A stretch of DNA of 64,000 nt from a bacterium (GCA_030646915.1 JAUSKT010000012.1:4663-68662); one strand, 5' to 3'. Positions 1 through 9,962 are shown, numbered from the stretch's first letter. The notes: a model not told the origin generated them from the sequence alone. A program made the numbers and translations.

Positions 1-151
1 GGTAGCTTAGCTCCCCTTTTTCTAATTTTCCTTTAGCAAAATTCCAATAGCCCCTGCCATGATAAAGTAAAAGATATTTTGTATCTATTTTCTCGTCCCT
101 ATCCTTTTCCCGCTTATATATAATTATCCCCGACGAAATCTCACGTGGCAT
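1..151 (-). CDS. NUDIX-family hydrolase, N-terminal part only (gene runs off window start)
   Basis: Manual minus-strand translation from the ATG at 149-151 gives MPREISSGIIIYKREKDRDEKIDTKYLLLYHGRGYWNFAKGKLEKGE..., which is the start of a Nudix box (G-x5-E). It is absent from the ORF track because there is no stop inside the window. Confidence 0.5.
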   Translation of the reverse strand, partial: MPREISSGIIIYKREKDRDEKIDTKYLLLYHGRGYWNFAKGKLEKGELSY

Positions 152-194
152 AAGAAATATAAAGAAGTTCTTTATAACTCTTATAGTATAACTC

Positions 195-1946
195 TTATTT
201 CAAAAATTTCAACATTTTTTCTAACGGCCAAGCATTTATAATATCCTCTTTTTCCGCCCAGCCCCGCCTTGCTTGCGCAATGCCATATTCTAGCCATTCA
301 AAATGAGATGTGTGATGCGCATCAGAATCAATAGCCATTTTTACTCCAGCTTCCGCGCATTTCCGGATATATTCATCTTTAAGATCAGAACGGTCTGAAG
401 CGTTTATTTCTAAAATCGTATTAGTCTTTTTAGCATGTTTTATTAATTCTTCAACATCCACATCATAAGGTTCACGCTTATTAAGAATCCTCCCAGTTGG
501 GTGGAAAATAATATCCACATGCGGATTAGACATAGCGCGCTTAATTCTTTCTGTCTGATCTTTTCTGGATAAATTAAAAAGTGAATGCACTGAGGCGCCA
601 ACCACTTCGCATTTTGCCAAAATTTCACCCGGCAAATCCATAGAACCATCTTTTAAAATATCACACTCAGTACCCTTAAGAACTTTAAACTTTAAACCTT
701 TAACTTTTAACTTATGATTTACTTCATCAATCTCTTTCCACTGCTTCTGAATTCTTATTTCATCTAGGCCGTGAGTCATTGCTAATCGCTTGGTATGGTC
801 TGTAATAGCAATATATTCTAATCCCATTTTCATCGCTACTTCTGCCATTTCTTGTATAGAATTTGCGCCATCAGTCCAATTAGTCTGAATCTGCAAATCA
901 CCCCTTAAATCTCCGTAACCGATAAGTTTTGGAAGTTTATTTTTTTGAGCAGCTTCAATTTCGCCCCGCATTTCTCTTAATTCCGGCTCAATATAATCCA
1001 TTCCTAAAGCTTTATATAATTCTTCTTCTGTTCTGCCGGCAATCTGTCTCCCTACGGGAGATCTCCCGTAGGGAGACTTTTTCATATCAAATAAACCGTA
1101 TTCGCTGAGTTTATAGCCCTTATTAAGGGCGATCCGCCTAAGTTCAATATTATGGTCTTTAGAACCGGTAAAATAATTAAGCGCCGCGCCATAAGATTCT
1201 GCCGAAACCACTCTTAAATCCACATCCAATCCATTTTTTAATTTAATTGCAGATTTAGTTTCACCATGAGCAAAAACTTGGGCTACTTCCGGCATAGAAA
1301 TAAAATAATCCATTATAGATTTTGGCTTTTTTGAAATAACTAAAATATCCGCATCGCCAATCGTATCTTTTCTTCGGCGGATTGATCCGGCAACCGCCAC
1401 CCGCTCCACTTCTTTTAATTTTTCCAGTCGAGATTCAATTTCCCTGACCTGCGGAATTGCTAATCCCAAAACAAACCGGCCGCCGATTTTTTTTAAAAAC
1501 TCTAAACCTTTTAAAATATTTTCTTCGCTCTTTATTCCAAATCCCTTCAAATTTCTTATTCTTCCACTTGCAAGTGCTTTTTCTAAATCTCTAAGGCCGA
1601 TAATTCCTAGTTCTTCATATAATTTTTTTAAAGTTTTAGACCCCAGCCCATTAATGCCTTCAAAATCTTTTAACCTAATGGGAATTTTCTTTTTAAAATC
1701 TTCATAATATTTTAAATGTCCAGTTTTAATCAGCTCCTCAATTTTTTCCGCAATAGAAATTCCAACTCCCGAAATCGCCCCTAAAGCTTTTAATCCGCCC
1801 TTTTTATAAATTTCTGAAGTTTTTTCTTCTAAATTTTCCAAAGCTTCCGCCACTTTTTCATAAGCCCGAGCTTTAAAAAACTCATTATCCATTTCAAGAT
1901 AAATCCCAATTTCTTTTAAAATTTTAACGATTTCCTGATTGTCCAT
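195..1946 (-). CDS. polX: Family X DNA polymerase with C-terminal PHP domain (PolX)
   Basis: 583-aa ORF with HhH motifs, a pol-beta-type nucleotidyltransferase core (GSIRRRKDTIGDADILV) and a C-terminal PHP domain (ITDHT..., DSDAHH). Contains a 32-nt palindrome at 1046-1077 and heptad repeats at 681-715. Confidence 0.9.
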   Translation of the reverse strand: MDNQEIVKILKEIGIYLEMDNEFFKARAYEKVAEALENLEEKTSEIYKKGGLKALGAISGVGISIAEKIEELIKTGHLKYYEDFKKKIPIRLKDFEGINGLGSKTLKKLYEELGIIGLRDLEKALASGRIRNLKGFGIKSEENILKGLEFLKKIGGRFVLGLAIPQVREIESRLEKLKEVERVAVAGSIRRRKDTIGDADILVISKKPKSIMDYFISMPEVAQVFAHGETKSAIKLKNGLDVDLRVVSAESYGAALNYFTGSKDHNIELRRIALNKGYKLSEYGLFDMKKSPYGRSPVGRQIAGRTEEELYKALGMDYIEPELREMRGEIEAAQKNKLPKLIGYGDLRGDLQIQTNWTDGANSIQEMAEVAMKMGLEYIAITDHTKRLAMTHGLDEIRIQKQWKEIDEVNHKLKVKGLKFKVLKGTECDILKDGSMDLPGEILAKCEVVGASVHSLFNLSRKDQTERIKRAMSNPHVDIIFHPTGRILNKREPYDVDVEELIKHAKKTNTILEINASDRSDLKDEYIRKCAEAGVKMAIDSDAHHTSHFEWLEYGIAQARRGWAEKEDIINAWPLEKMLKFLK

Positions 1947-2051
1947 CCCGTTTAGAAAATTAAAGCTAGCGTCTTTCGACTATAAAACTTCCGATAATAC
2001 TTGGGAGAATTTTTTCTATTAGTAAACATATTGGTTAATTTTCTAACGGGA
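1946..2051 (-). mobile_element. TIR element, long subfamily A (106 nt), on the polX start codon
   Basis: Ends are TCCCGTTAGA and TCTAACGGGA. A 4-bp direct repeat TGGA (gene sense) sits at 1942-1945 and 2052-2055. An internal 34-codon frame runs from ATG 2054-2056 to the TAA at 1952-1954. Confidence 0.85.
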
Positions 2052-2134
2052 TCCATTTTCATTATTTTACCTTAATTGACGAATAGAAAAAAATAAGCGA
2101 CAATAGATGCAGTTCACTTATAATTAAATAACAA

Positions 2135-2611
2135 ATGAAAGGGGTGTTTTCTTTATTTTTGGTGACAGCTTTATTTTTAAGCGGCTGCGGGATTAACAAG
2201 TCCATTCTCATTAAGGGAACTCCTTTTTATCAAAAAACTGATGACAGTCTTGATAGATTAGTTTTATATCTCAATAATGCCTGCAAAGAAAAATTTTCTA
2301 AAAAAGAGATTGCCAAGATTTTCCCAGAAAGACCGGAAAAGAAAATTGATGAAAAATCAGAAAGCTGGCACTATTCCCATTCTGAAACAAAAGGGAAATT
2401 AGTATTAAAACTTTCCCATCTCGAGAAAAAAGAAATAAAAGAGGCTGAAGAAATGGAATTAATTTTTAACCCGGAAGGCACTCTAGTGGCCTATAAAATT
2501 AAAATTAATCAACCTGAAGAATCCATTGAGCGAGTAGGTTATGCCTATGCAACGCTTCAAGGATTGATTATCGGCGGATCAGCTGGAGTAGCATTTAGCT
2601 TTATGAAATAA
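2135..2611 (+). CDS. Hypothetical lipoprotein
   Basis: 158-aa ORF with a signal peptide and lipobox (LFLSGCG). Confidence 0.6.
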   Translation: MKGVFSLFLVTALFLSGCGINKSILIKGTPFYQKTDDSLDRLVLYLNNACKEKFSKKEIAKIFPERPEKKIDEKSESWHYSHSETKGKLVLKLSHLEKKEIKEAEEMELIFNPEGTLVAYKIKINQPEESIERVGYAYATLQGLIIGGSAGVAFSFMK

Positions 2612-2633
2612 TTCCCATCTTTGATGGGAATTT

Positions 2634-3293
2634 TTATTTTAACCCCATCTGGATATGATCTCTTACTTGCGGCGGTCCGGAAGATTTTTTAGGCAAAATC
2701 AAATCTGGAACTAAAAGCAACATCCCGGCGCTTAAAAGCCCCATTAAGCCCACTAAAAGAAATAATAATTTAAAACCAAAAAAACTCGCTATAATCCCAC
2801 CAAGAAATCCAGCCGCCCCAATTCCAAAACTGACTGAACTGCTGCTTATTGCCCAATCATAAGCCGTATGATCTTTATCTAGGTGACGGGAAAAAATTGC
2901 AGACCAGGCTGGAATATAAAGGGCAAAACCAACGGCTTTTATAAATTGGATTAAATACACCTGCCAAATAGTATCTACTAGGATCAAGCTAAAAGCGCCA
3001 ACGCTCATTATCATTAAACCAAAAATCAAGGCGTAAAAATCATCCCGTTCGCCATCAGTTTTATCCAAAAAAAGCGAAATTGGTATCTGTAAAATACCTT
3101 TGCCAACCCAATAAATCGTGGCAAGAAGTCCAATAGACACCAATGTGGCGCCAGAAATTTTTTCAATCACAAAAATCGAAAAAAGTGGGTCTAGTAGCCC
3201 CCACCCTGACCACATAATCAGATCTCCAATAATAAAATAACGAACTATCCGATTAAGGGAAGGAATAAAGTTTAAATTTAATTTAATTATCAT
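2634..3293 (-). CDS. Hypothetical polytopic membrane protein (MFS-like half)
   Basis: 219-aa ORF with about 6 hydrophobic helices. Overlaps the next gene by 11 nt. Confidence 0.5.
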   Translation of the reverse strand: MIIKLNLNFIPSLNRIVRYFIIGDLIMWSGWGLLDPLFSIFVIEKISGATLVSIGLLATIYWVGKGILQIPISLFLDKTDGERDDFYALIFGLMIMSVGAFSLILVDTIWQVYLIQFIKAVGFALYIPAWSAIFSRHLDKDHTAYDWAISSSSVSFGIGAAGFLGGIIASFFGFKLLFLLVGLMGLLSAGMLLLVPDLILPKKSSGPPQVRDHIQMGLK

Positions 3294-5826
3294 GGCGGCT
3301 ATTAAATATTAATTCATTCCCGGAAAACTCAACTAAAATATTACTGCCCCGTTCAATTTCATTTTTTAAAATTTTCTCCGCGAGCACACTCCGAATTTTA
3401 TCAGAAATCACGCCCCTAAGAGGCCTTGCCCCGAATACAGGATCATATCCCCATTCAGCGATTTTTTTAACCGCTACGTCAGAAAACTGCATATCCATCC
3501 CCTGACTTTCTTTTAAATCGCCGGATAAATCCGCCAAAAGAATTTTTGCTACTGCAACCGTATCTTCAGGAGATAAACTTTTAAATACAATAATGCCCGA
3601 AAAACGGTTAATTAATTCCGGCCGGAAATAATCTGATAATTTCTTTTTTAGATTTTCGCTGACTTCAGACATTTCTTTTCCGGCTTCCAGCTCTTCTTTA
3701 ATAAAATTAGAATTCGCATTACTAGTAGCAATAATAATAGTATTTTGAAAATCAACCAGTTTGCCAAAATTATCAGTCAGCCTACCGTCATCAAATACCT
3801 GCAGAAAAATATTTAAAATGTCCGGATGAGCTTTTTCAAATTCGTCCAGTAATACCAAGCTATATGGTTTTTGAATTACAGCTTCCGTTAAACTGCCAGC
3901 CATTGTACCATCTGGTGAACCAATGAACCTAAAAAGGCTTTGCTTGTCTTGATATTCAGACATATCAAAACGAATCATTGAATCTTTAGAACCAAATTGG
4001 ATATTGGCTAAAATCTTGGAAAGTTCGGTTTTCCCCACGCCGGTCGGGCCGACAAAAAGAAAACTGGCAATTGGTCCTCCCTTCCTAGAAAGACCGCTCC
4101 GATATTCTCTAAGCGCTCGAGAAACTGCCCTAACAGCTTCCCCTTGATCTACTAAGCGCTGATGAATCAATTCTTCAAGATTTAATAATTTTTTAGCTTC
4201 CGCGTCTTTTGCCTGCCGAAGCGGGATACTAACCCGTCGCTGAGCAATATCTATGACATCGTCAATATTTAAAACTTTATCGCCCTTATCCTTGGCGTCA
4301 GATAAGGCTTCTTTTAAAAGTTCTTCCGCGCTTGAAGGCAATAATTTATCCCGAAAATATTTCGAAGCTAAAATTACTGCTTGCTTGATTGAACCAAAAG
4401 TAATCGTAATGCCAAATTGTTTTTCTAAAATTATGCTGTCATAAACCAAAAGCCGCGTGGCGTCTTGAATAGAAATTTCTTTAACCGGAATAACTTCAAA
4501 AACTTTTGAAAAATCAACTTGTGGTTCAATAGATTGTTTATATTCTTTGGCATAAGTGGCGCCGACTACAGAAAAAGCGCTGGAGGCAAATGCCGGCAGG
4601 AAAATATCAGCGGCATTTATTCCCAGCCTTCCGGAAGTTTTCATTAAATTATGGATGTCAGGTATAAATAAAATAATATTTCCCGCCTGGACAATTTCTT
4701 CAATAATTTTAGTGATCCGAGACTGCAATTCCCCGGATTCACTAGCGCCAGCCATTAAACTTCCTACCCGCAAAAGCACTAATCTTTTATCAAAAAGTTC
4801 CGGCGGCACATCGTCTTCGGTAATTTGATGAGCTAGGTGGCTTATTAAAGTTTCCTTTCCCGAACCTGGGTCGCCAACCAATAATACATTTGGCCGTGTC
4901 GGCCGGGATAAAACATCGGTCATCCGATCATATTCGTCTTCGTGGCCGACTAAAAAGCCAATTTGTTCCAGCCTTGCATAATCAGTAAGATCCTCGCTAA
5001 ATTGGTCAAGAATTGGCGTTGGGCGGGCACTCCAAGCGCGATTCATAGTACGATGCCTAATTTTATACGGCCTATAAACAAAACCACCAAGATTAACTGG
5101 TAAAGTTTTTAACCAGCCGAAGTAATCTTTATATCGGCTGAAAATCAAAGCGTTTTGAAGATCGCCGGAGTCAATATTAAAAAACTGCAAAACCTTTAAA
5201 ACTCCGCTGCTATCGCAATGGCTTAATGCCGCAAAAACGTCTTTCGGCTCAATAAACCGATTATCTGCCAAAATTGCCTGGCCTAAAGAAATCTTCAGGA
5301 TTTTTTCAATTTCCATCAATAAGTTTTTTGCCTGTTCTTTCGGATCGCCTAAATATTTTTCATCTCCTATGCTGGTTTTCAGCAATTCATCAACTTTGTT
5401 ATAAACCTCCTCCGGCTTGAGATCCATTCTTACTAATCCGACTTTAATATCCTTTCTATCAACCAGCCTTCTCATTAAAAAAAGATAAAAATTTCCCTTG
5501 GCAACCAGCGCTCGTTCAAATGCATATTCCAAAATTGCAAAAGTGCTGGGTGTAATATATTTCGCCAAATTAGAATTTTCTTTCAGTCCATCTCTCAACA
5601 ACGAACGGTCTGCCTGGCCGAAATGCTTTAACCTGTCCAATAGAATCAACAAAAGTAGGACTCCAGTCCAAAAAAGCCATTTAATATCCGATAATAAAAA
5701 AACTAGGCAGGCAGCGGCTAAAATTCCATAAGTGGCGTAAAAAACCGTCCTTAAAAAAAGCCGGCCGGCATGGGTCATTTGAAAACGCGGATCAGAAAAA
5801 TATAAATTTGAAATCGGCTGGCTCAT
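3283..5826 (-). CDS. ClpB/ClpC-like double AAA+ ATPase with N-terminal transmembrane segment
   Basis: 847 aa with two Walker A motifs (GDPGSGKET, GPTGVGKTE), a Clp D2-small C-terminus (GARPLRGVI) and two N-terminal hydrophobic helices. Confidence 0.85.
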   Translation of the reverse strand: MSQPISNLYFSDPRFQMTHAGRLFLRTVFYATYGILAAACLVFLLSDIKWLFWTGVLLLLILLDRLKHFGQADRSLLRDGLKENSNLAKYITPSTFAILEYAFERALVAKGNFYLFLMRRLVDRKDIKVGLVRMDLKPEEVYNKVDELLKTSIGDEKYLGDPKEQAKNLLMEIEKILKISLGQAILADNRFIEPKDVFAALSHCDSSGVLKVLQFFNIDSGDLQNALIFSRYKDYFGWLKTLPVNLGGFVYRPYKIRHRTMNRAWSARPTPILDQFSEDLTDYARLEQIGFLVGHEDEYDRMTDVLSRPTRPNVLLVGDPGSGKETLISHLAHQITEDDVPPELFDKRLVLLRVGSLMAGASESGELQSRITKIIEEIVQAGNIILFIPDIHNLMKTSGRLGINAADIFLPAFASSAFSVVGATYAKEYKQSIEPQVDFSKVFEVIPVKEISIQDATRLLVYDSIILEKQFGITITFGSIKQAVILASKYFRDKLLPSSAEELLKEALSDAKDKGDKVLNIDDVIDIAQRRVSIPLRQAKDAEAKKLLNLEELIHQRLVDQGEAVRAVSRALREYRSGLSRKGGPIASFLFVGPTGVGKTELSKILANIQFGSKDSMIRFDMSEYQDKQSLFRFIGSPDGTMAGSLTEAVIQKPYSLVLLDEFEKAHPDILNIFLQVFDDGRLTDNFGKLVDFQNTIIIATSNANSNFIKEELEAGKEMSEVSENLKKKLSDYFRPELINRFSGIIVFKSLSPEDTVAVAKILLADLSGDLKESQGMDMQFSDVAVKKIAEWGYDPVFGARPLRGVISDKIRSVLAEKILKNEIERGSNILVEFSGNELIFNSRHDN

Positions 5827-5838
5827 AATCTTAATATT

Positions 5839-6195
5839 CTACAAACTGCTGATAATTTTATAAATAACATATGGCGGCAATAAAGCCCATAAAATAAATA
5901 AGATGGAGGATAAAATTATAAATATTCCGTAAATAACAAGACTAGCAAAAATTCTTGCCGTCCTAAAAACAAAGCCCCAAAGATAGCCTATGATGCTGTA
6001 ATCCTGATAAAGGGGCTGAAACCAGTTTTTTGCGGTAATCTGAAGAGCAAAAATCTTATCTAATTTTTCTAAGATATTATAAGATACGTCAATAGCCCTT
6101 AAAAAACCATGAATATACCAATGCCTTAAAAAATCTAAAATCCGCCTGCCCAGATGAGCTAAAAGATAAACTATTGAAACATTATTAGCTTCCAT
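5839..6195 (-). CDS. Hypothetical membrane protein
   Basis: 118-aa ORF with a hydrophobic C-terminal half. No competing ORF. Confidence 0.45.
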   Translation of the reverse strand: MEANNVSIVYLLAHLGRRILDFLRHWYIHGFLRAIDVSYNILEKLDKIFALQITAKNWFQPLYQDYSIIGYLWGFVFRTARIFASLVIYGIFIILSSILFILWALLPPYVIYKIISSL

Positions 6196-6228
6196 TACTT
6201 TTATTATATCAGGAAATTGGCCTGCCCA

Positions 6229-7503
6229 TCATTTCTTCCTATCTTTTCCGCTAAAAATTTTAACCACTCCAAATTCTCCATCATAACCAGGCCGAATCGT
6301 TAATTTGCCCTCGCGCATCCGCCCGACTCCTTCGGCAATTTTTTGATTAGAAGCTGCGGCTATTTCTTTAATCGGCGCATCCCGAAGTACGGCAAATTCC
6401 GAACCAAGTGCCTTTATCAATTTTATATATTCTTTCATTACTGATTTAGTTGCCCTTCCAACATCCAGCGCTTCTCCAATAATCGAATCTAGAGTTACTA
6501 AATTTTTATAAGGAACTCTTTTGGAATCTTGATAACCTTCCGGCCGTTTTGGATCGGCCAGCTGATCTACTCGATAAACTACGCCTATGGTCATTTTTTT
6601 CTTGCACTTCGGGCATATATCTTTTAACTTTTTACTTTCTGCCGGCGACATCACTACTCCGCAAGCCCTATGCCCGTCATAGTGGTATTTTCCTTCTTCT
6701 GGAAAGAATTCGATCGTCTCGATAAAGCGAGATGATCGTCCTGAGTTTGTCGAAGGACTACTTTTTATCGCTTCTATAATTCCTTTATACGAAAGTTCTG
6801 CATTAAAAACATTTGCTTCCCGGCCAATCCGCTGAAGACTATGCGAATCAGAATTAGAAATAAAAGCGATTTTGTCCAGTTTTTTCACGCGCCAATTCAT
6901 TGCCGGATCAGACGAAAGCCCGGTTTCAATAGCAAAAATCTTACCAGTATATTTTCCAAAACATTCTTCCAGTGAATCAAATCCGGACATTGAACCAAAC
7001 ACCGAAAACCACGGCGTCCAGGCATGTGCCGGAATAATTACTGCTTCCGAATTCGCATTAAAAACAATATCTGCCAGTTTTTCTGAATCCAACCCTAAAA
7101 TCGGCCGGCCGTCAGAAGCCAATTTTCCAACCCAGCCAAGTTGAGTATTAATTTTTCCTGCAGTTTCCAAGTCCGGAGCTAAAATAATATGGTGCACTCG
7201 CCGAGTTTTACCGCCCCGAGAATAAATGCAGGAAATTTCCACTGAAAGCATAAATCGGGTTTCCGAAAAGGTGTTTTTTATTGTTTTAAGTTTTAATTTC
7301 TTTTTTAATTTAAAAAGCCCCTGTTCCGCGGGTTCTAATTTTTCTTTAATTTCTTTAAACCAGGCCGGATGGGTAAAATCACCCGTACCCATCACCAAAA
7401 TACCCTTATCATCCGCCCATCTGTCCAGCTCTTCCAAAACCATATTTTTTGAAACTGCGCGGGAATATTTAGAATGGATATGCAGATCAGCTACGAATTT
7501 CAT
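6229..7503 (-). CDS. PHP-domain protein of the endonuclease Q (EndoQ)/TIGR00375 type
   Basis: 424 aa with an N-terminal PHP motif (ADLHIHSKYSRA...GTGDFTHPAW) and a C-terminal Zn-finger-like CPKCKKKMTIGV. The length and layout match EndoQ. Confidence 0.65.
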   Translation of the reverse strand: MKFVADLHIHSKYSRAVSKNMVLEELDRWADDKGILVMGTGDFTHPAWFKEIKEKLEPAEQGLFKLKKKLKLKTIKNTFSETRFMLSVEISCIYSRGGKTRRVHHIILAPDLETAGKINTQLGWVGKLASDGRPILGLDSEKLADIVFNANSEAVIIPAHAWTPWFSVFGSMSGFDSLEECFGKYTGKIFAIETGLSSDPAMNWRVKKLDKIAFISNSDSHSLQRIGREANVFNAELSYKGIIEAIKSSPSTNSGRSSRFIETIEFFPEEGKYHYDGHRACGVVMSPAESKKLKDICPKCKKKMTIGVVYRVDQLADPKRPEGYQDSKRVPYKNLVTLDSIIGEALDVGRATKSVMKEYIKLIKALGSEFAVLRDAPIKEIAAASNQKIAEGVGRMREGKLTIRPGYDGEFGVVKIFSGKDRKK

Positions 7504-7948
7504 GTTTTTTAGATAATAAAATTGCCGCGCTTGGCAAAATTAGCATTTGTAAAATTGGCAAAAGGCCAATGCCAAAAATCAAAGGCATTGCCGGCGCATA
7601 TGCCCAGCGGTGATATAAATATACAGAATAATATTCAATAACAGCCTGCCACAATGGCAACAGAAGCCATAGCATTACCCAACCTAGATTAAAAGATTTA
7701 GACCAATCCTGTTCCTTCGGGACATCTCCCGTAGGGAGACAATTCCTAATTAAAAATCCAATTATTAAATATGCCGACATAATCATTAGGGCGTCTTTTA
7801 AAGAAACCGCCCAATGAATTTTTAAAAATTCTATATAATTATTCCTGATTCCCATGCCTAATTCTGAATAAAAAACCATCTGGGAAATTTCCCAGACAAA
7901 ATTCAAAAGAAAGCTGATAAAAAATAAATTGGCTAAAAATTTAAACAT
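7487..7948 (-). CDS. Hypothetical membrane protein
   Basis: 153-aa ORF with 4-5 hydrophobic helices. Contains a 15-nt palindrome at 7725-7739. Confidence 0.5.
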   Translation of the reverse strand: MFKFLANLFFISFLLNFVWEISQMVFYSELGMGIRNNYIEFLKIHWAVSLKDALMIMSAYLIIGFLIRNCLPTGDVPKEQDWSKSFNLGWVMLWLLLPLWQAVIEYYSVYLYHRWAYAPAMPLIFGIGLLPILQMLILPSAAILLSKKHEIRS

Positions 7949-7949
7949 G

Positions 7950-8021
7950 TGCCCTCGGCAAGAATCGAACTTGCATCACCTCCTTCGGAGGGAGGCGTCC
8001 TATCCATTGAACGACGAGGGC
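7950..8021 (-). tRNA. tRNA-Arg (anticodon CCG)
   Basis: Minus-strand cloverleaf read by hand: acceptor GCCCTCG/CGAGGGC, anticodon stem CCTCC/GGAGG with loop CTCCGAA, T arm GCAAG-TTCGATT-CTTGC. CCA is not encoded. Confidence 0.85.
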
Positions 8022-8043
8022 GGGTAATCTTTTTATGAAATAT

Positions 8044-9168
8044 TTATTTTATTATCGCATAAATTAAAGTCATTATAAAAACCAAAAGAAGGAATGGGGC
8101 GCTATTTTTCACTATCCGCCCTGGCAAAATTGGCGGCATTTCTAATTTTTTATTCGCCTTGAGCCACATAAAAATTATAAAAATGCTTTCTAATGGCAAA
8201 AAAATTGATCCAACAAAACCGACTAAACCGATAAAGCTTTGGAAACCGGCTAAATATAATCCGACCGGCGCAAAAATAACCAATAACCTGCTAACTAAAC
8301 TAGATAACGAAAGATCATATTCTAAAATTCTCCTTGCATTTAAGCCTATGACAATATAGGAACTAATTAAAGATAAAAAGCCTAAAATCCCAACAAGCGC
8401 CAATAACCAAATAGGCAGTCCGGCCACAAGGCCAGTTACCGCATCTTCGGTAACCAATTTTGATAATCCTAAAATTCCAATAACAAATCCGGCATAAATA
8501 AAAACAGGCGCCATTGCCCCGAGAAACAACGATTTTTTTAGAAAGGAAATGGGGGTATTAGTTTCTCTAAAATAACTGATTATCTCTGGGATTGCGATTG
8601 CTCCGGATAAAGAAAATAGTATCGGCCCAACAACTAAAAATTTGGAAATATCAATATTCCCCCAATAAATTCCTTTGGATAAAAATTCATTAAATCCAAA
8701 ACCAAAAATCAAAGCGATGATCGCAATAATTCCTCCGACAATTAAAAATTCCAGGAGGGCAACTCGTTTGGTATTAAATAAAATCGCTATTGATCCGATC
8801 AACCAAAAAACCAAAAAATGATAAAAATAACCGTTATTTATAAAAAGAAGAGAAAAGCTTGGGGCTAAGACTAAATAAATAGTGAGTACGAAAAATAGCT
8901 GGATTAGGCCAATAAAAAGCGCGGCCCAAAAACCGTTTATGCCAAGATAAATCTTTGCCAAACCGACAAAGCGGTGCTCGCCCGGAGTTCTAATAATTAA
9001 ATCCGCGTATAAAAAATATATAAAGAGGTAAACTAGCGAAAAAATCGCCAAATAAAAAAAGCTGGTAGAAAGGCCAACTTCTTTAAAAATAAACGGCAGG
9101 GAAAATATTCCCGCCCCAATAATAGTTCCTGCTAAGATGCTGGCTGGGAACAGTAAGTTTTTATACAT
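8044..9168 (-). CDS. Amino-acid permease-like transporter (Trp/Tyr-permease type)
   Basis: 374 aa with about 11 TM helices and an N-terminal GTIIGAGIFSLPF motif. Confidence 0.55.
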   Translation of the reverse strand: MYKNLLFPASILAGTIIGAGIFSLPFIFKEVGLSTSFFYLAIFSLVYLFIYFLYADLIIRTPGEHRFVGLAKIYLGINGFWAALFIGLIQLFFVLTIYLVLAPSFSLLFINNGYFYHFLVFWLIGSIAILFNTKRVALLEFLIVGGIIAIIALIFGFGFNEFLSKGIYWGNIDISKFLVVGPILFSLSGAIAIPEIISYFRETNTPISFLKKSLFLGAMAPVFIYAGFVIGILGLSKLVTEDAVTGLVAGLPIWLLALVGILGFLSLISSYIVIGLNARRILEYDLSLSSLVSRLLVIFAPVGLYLAGFQSFIGLVGFVGSIFLPLESIFIIFMWLKANKKLEMPPILPGRIVKNSAPFLLLVFIMTLIYAIIK

Positions 9169-9204
9169 TTTGAGGATTATTAAGATATAGAGAACCCATC
9201 TTAC

Positions 9205-9663
9205 TTAATCCGATCCTGAATCCCCTCCTCTTGAAAATCTTTTAATAAATTTTTGTTCGAGCGGCCACAATACGACAAAAACTAAAATAGTAAGAATAGT
9301 GGAAAAAATCGCAATATCATAAAATTTAAATCCAATTGCCATGCCAATAGCTGATGCCACCCAAACACCCGCTGCGGTAGTAAGCCCCTTAACCTTAGAC
9401 TGGTCAAAAACAATCAACCCAGCGCCCAAAAAGCCAATACCAGTCACAATCTGAGCGGCAATTCTAGTAGGATCAACGGTTGGGCCACTAACTGATTGGG
9501 AAACGATAGAAAAAAGCGCTGAACCAAGCGACACTAAAGCATGGGTCCGCATTCCAGCAGATTTATGGGCAACTTCTCTTTCAATTCCAATTAAAGACCC
9601 CAATAAAACCGCCAAAAGCAGCTGCCAAAAAACTTCTAAAGTTTGTTTATCTAAAAAATCCAT
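9205..9663 (-). CDS. mgtC: MgtC/SapB family membrane protein
   Basis: 152 aa carrying LLGSLIGIEREVAHKSAGMRTHALVSLGSALF, which is typical of the MgtC family. Confidence 0.8.
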   Translation of the reverse strand: MDFLDKQTLEVFWQLLLAVLLGSLIGIEREVAHKSAGMRTHALVSLGSALFSIVSQSVSGPTVDPTRIAAQIVTGIGFLGAGLIVFDQSKVKGLTTAAGVWVASAIGMAIGFKFYDIAIFSTILTILVFVVLWPLEQKFIKRFSRGGDSGSD

Positions 9664-9665
9664 TA

Positions 9666-9962
9666 CTAATTAAGATATACCTTATCTCCTTCCCGAACTT
9701 TATCTTTAACTTTAAGCCCGATCTCTTTTCCTTTTGGTGCAACAGAAACCTTCTTATGATCAAATTCCATAGAATTCAAATCTTGCGAAAAATCAGACGT
9801 AGATCCCTGAAAAGTGACATTCTTGCCCTCTGGCATATCCTGATGGAATTTTACTATGGCAACTCCAAGACCGCCATAATAATGGGTCACTTCCCCGACT
9901 GGCTTATCAGCCCTTGCCACCTTCTTGGAAAGTCCGAGCATTCTTAATAATTTTTTTAACAT
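9666..9962 (-). CDS. Hypothetical small beta-barrel protein
   Basis: 98-aa ORF tightly packed between neighbours. No family recognised with confidence. Confidence 0.45.
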   Translation of the reverse strand: MLKKLLRMLGLSKKVARADKPVGEVTHYYGGLGVAIVKFHQDMPEGKNVTFQGSTSDFSQDLNSMEFDHKKVSVAPKGKEIGLKVKDKVREGDKVYLN

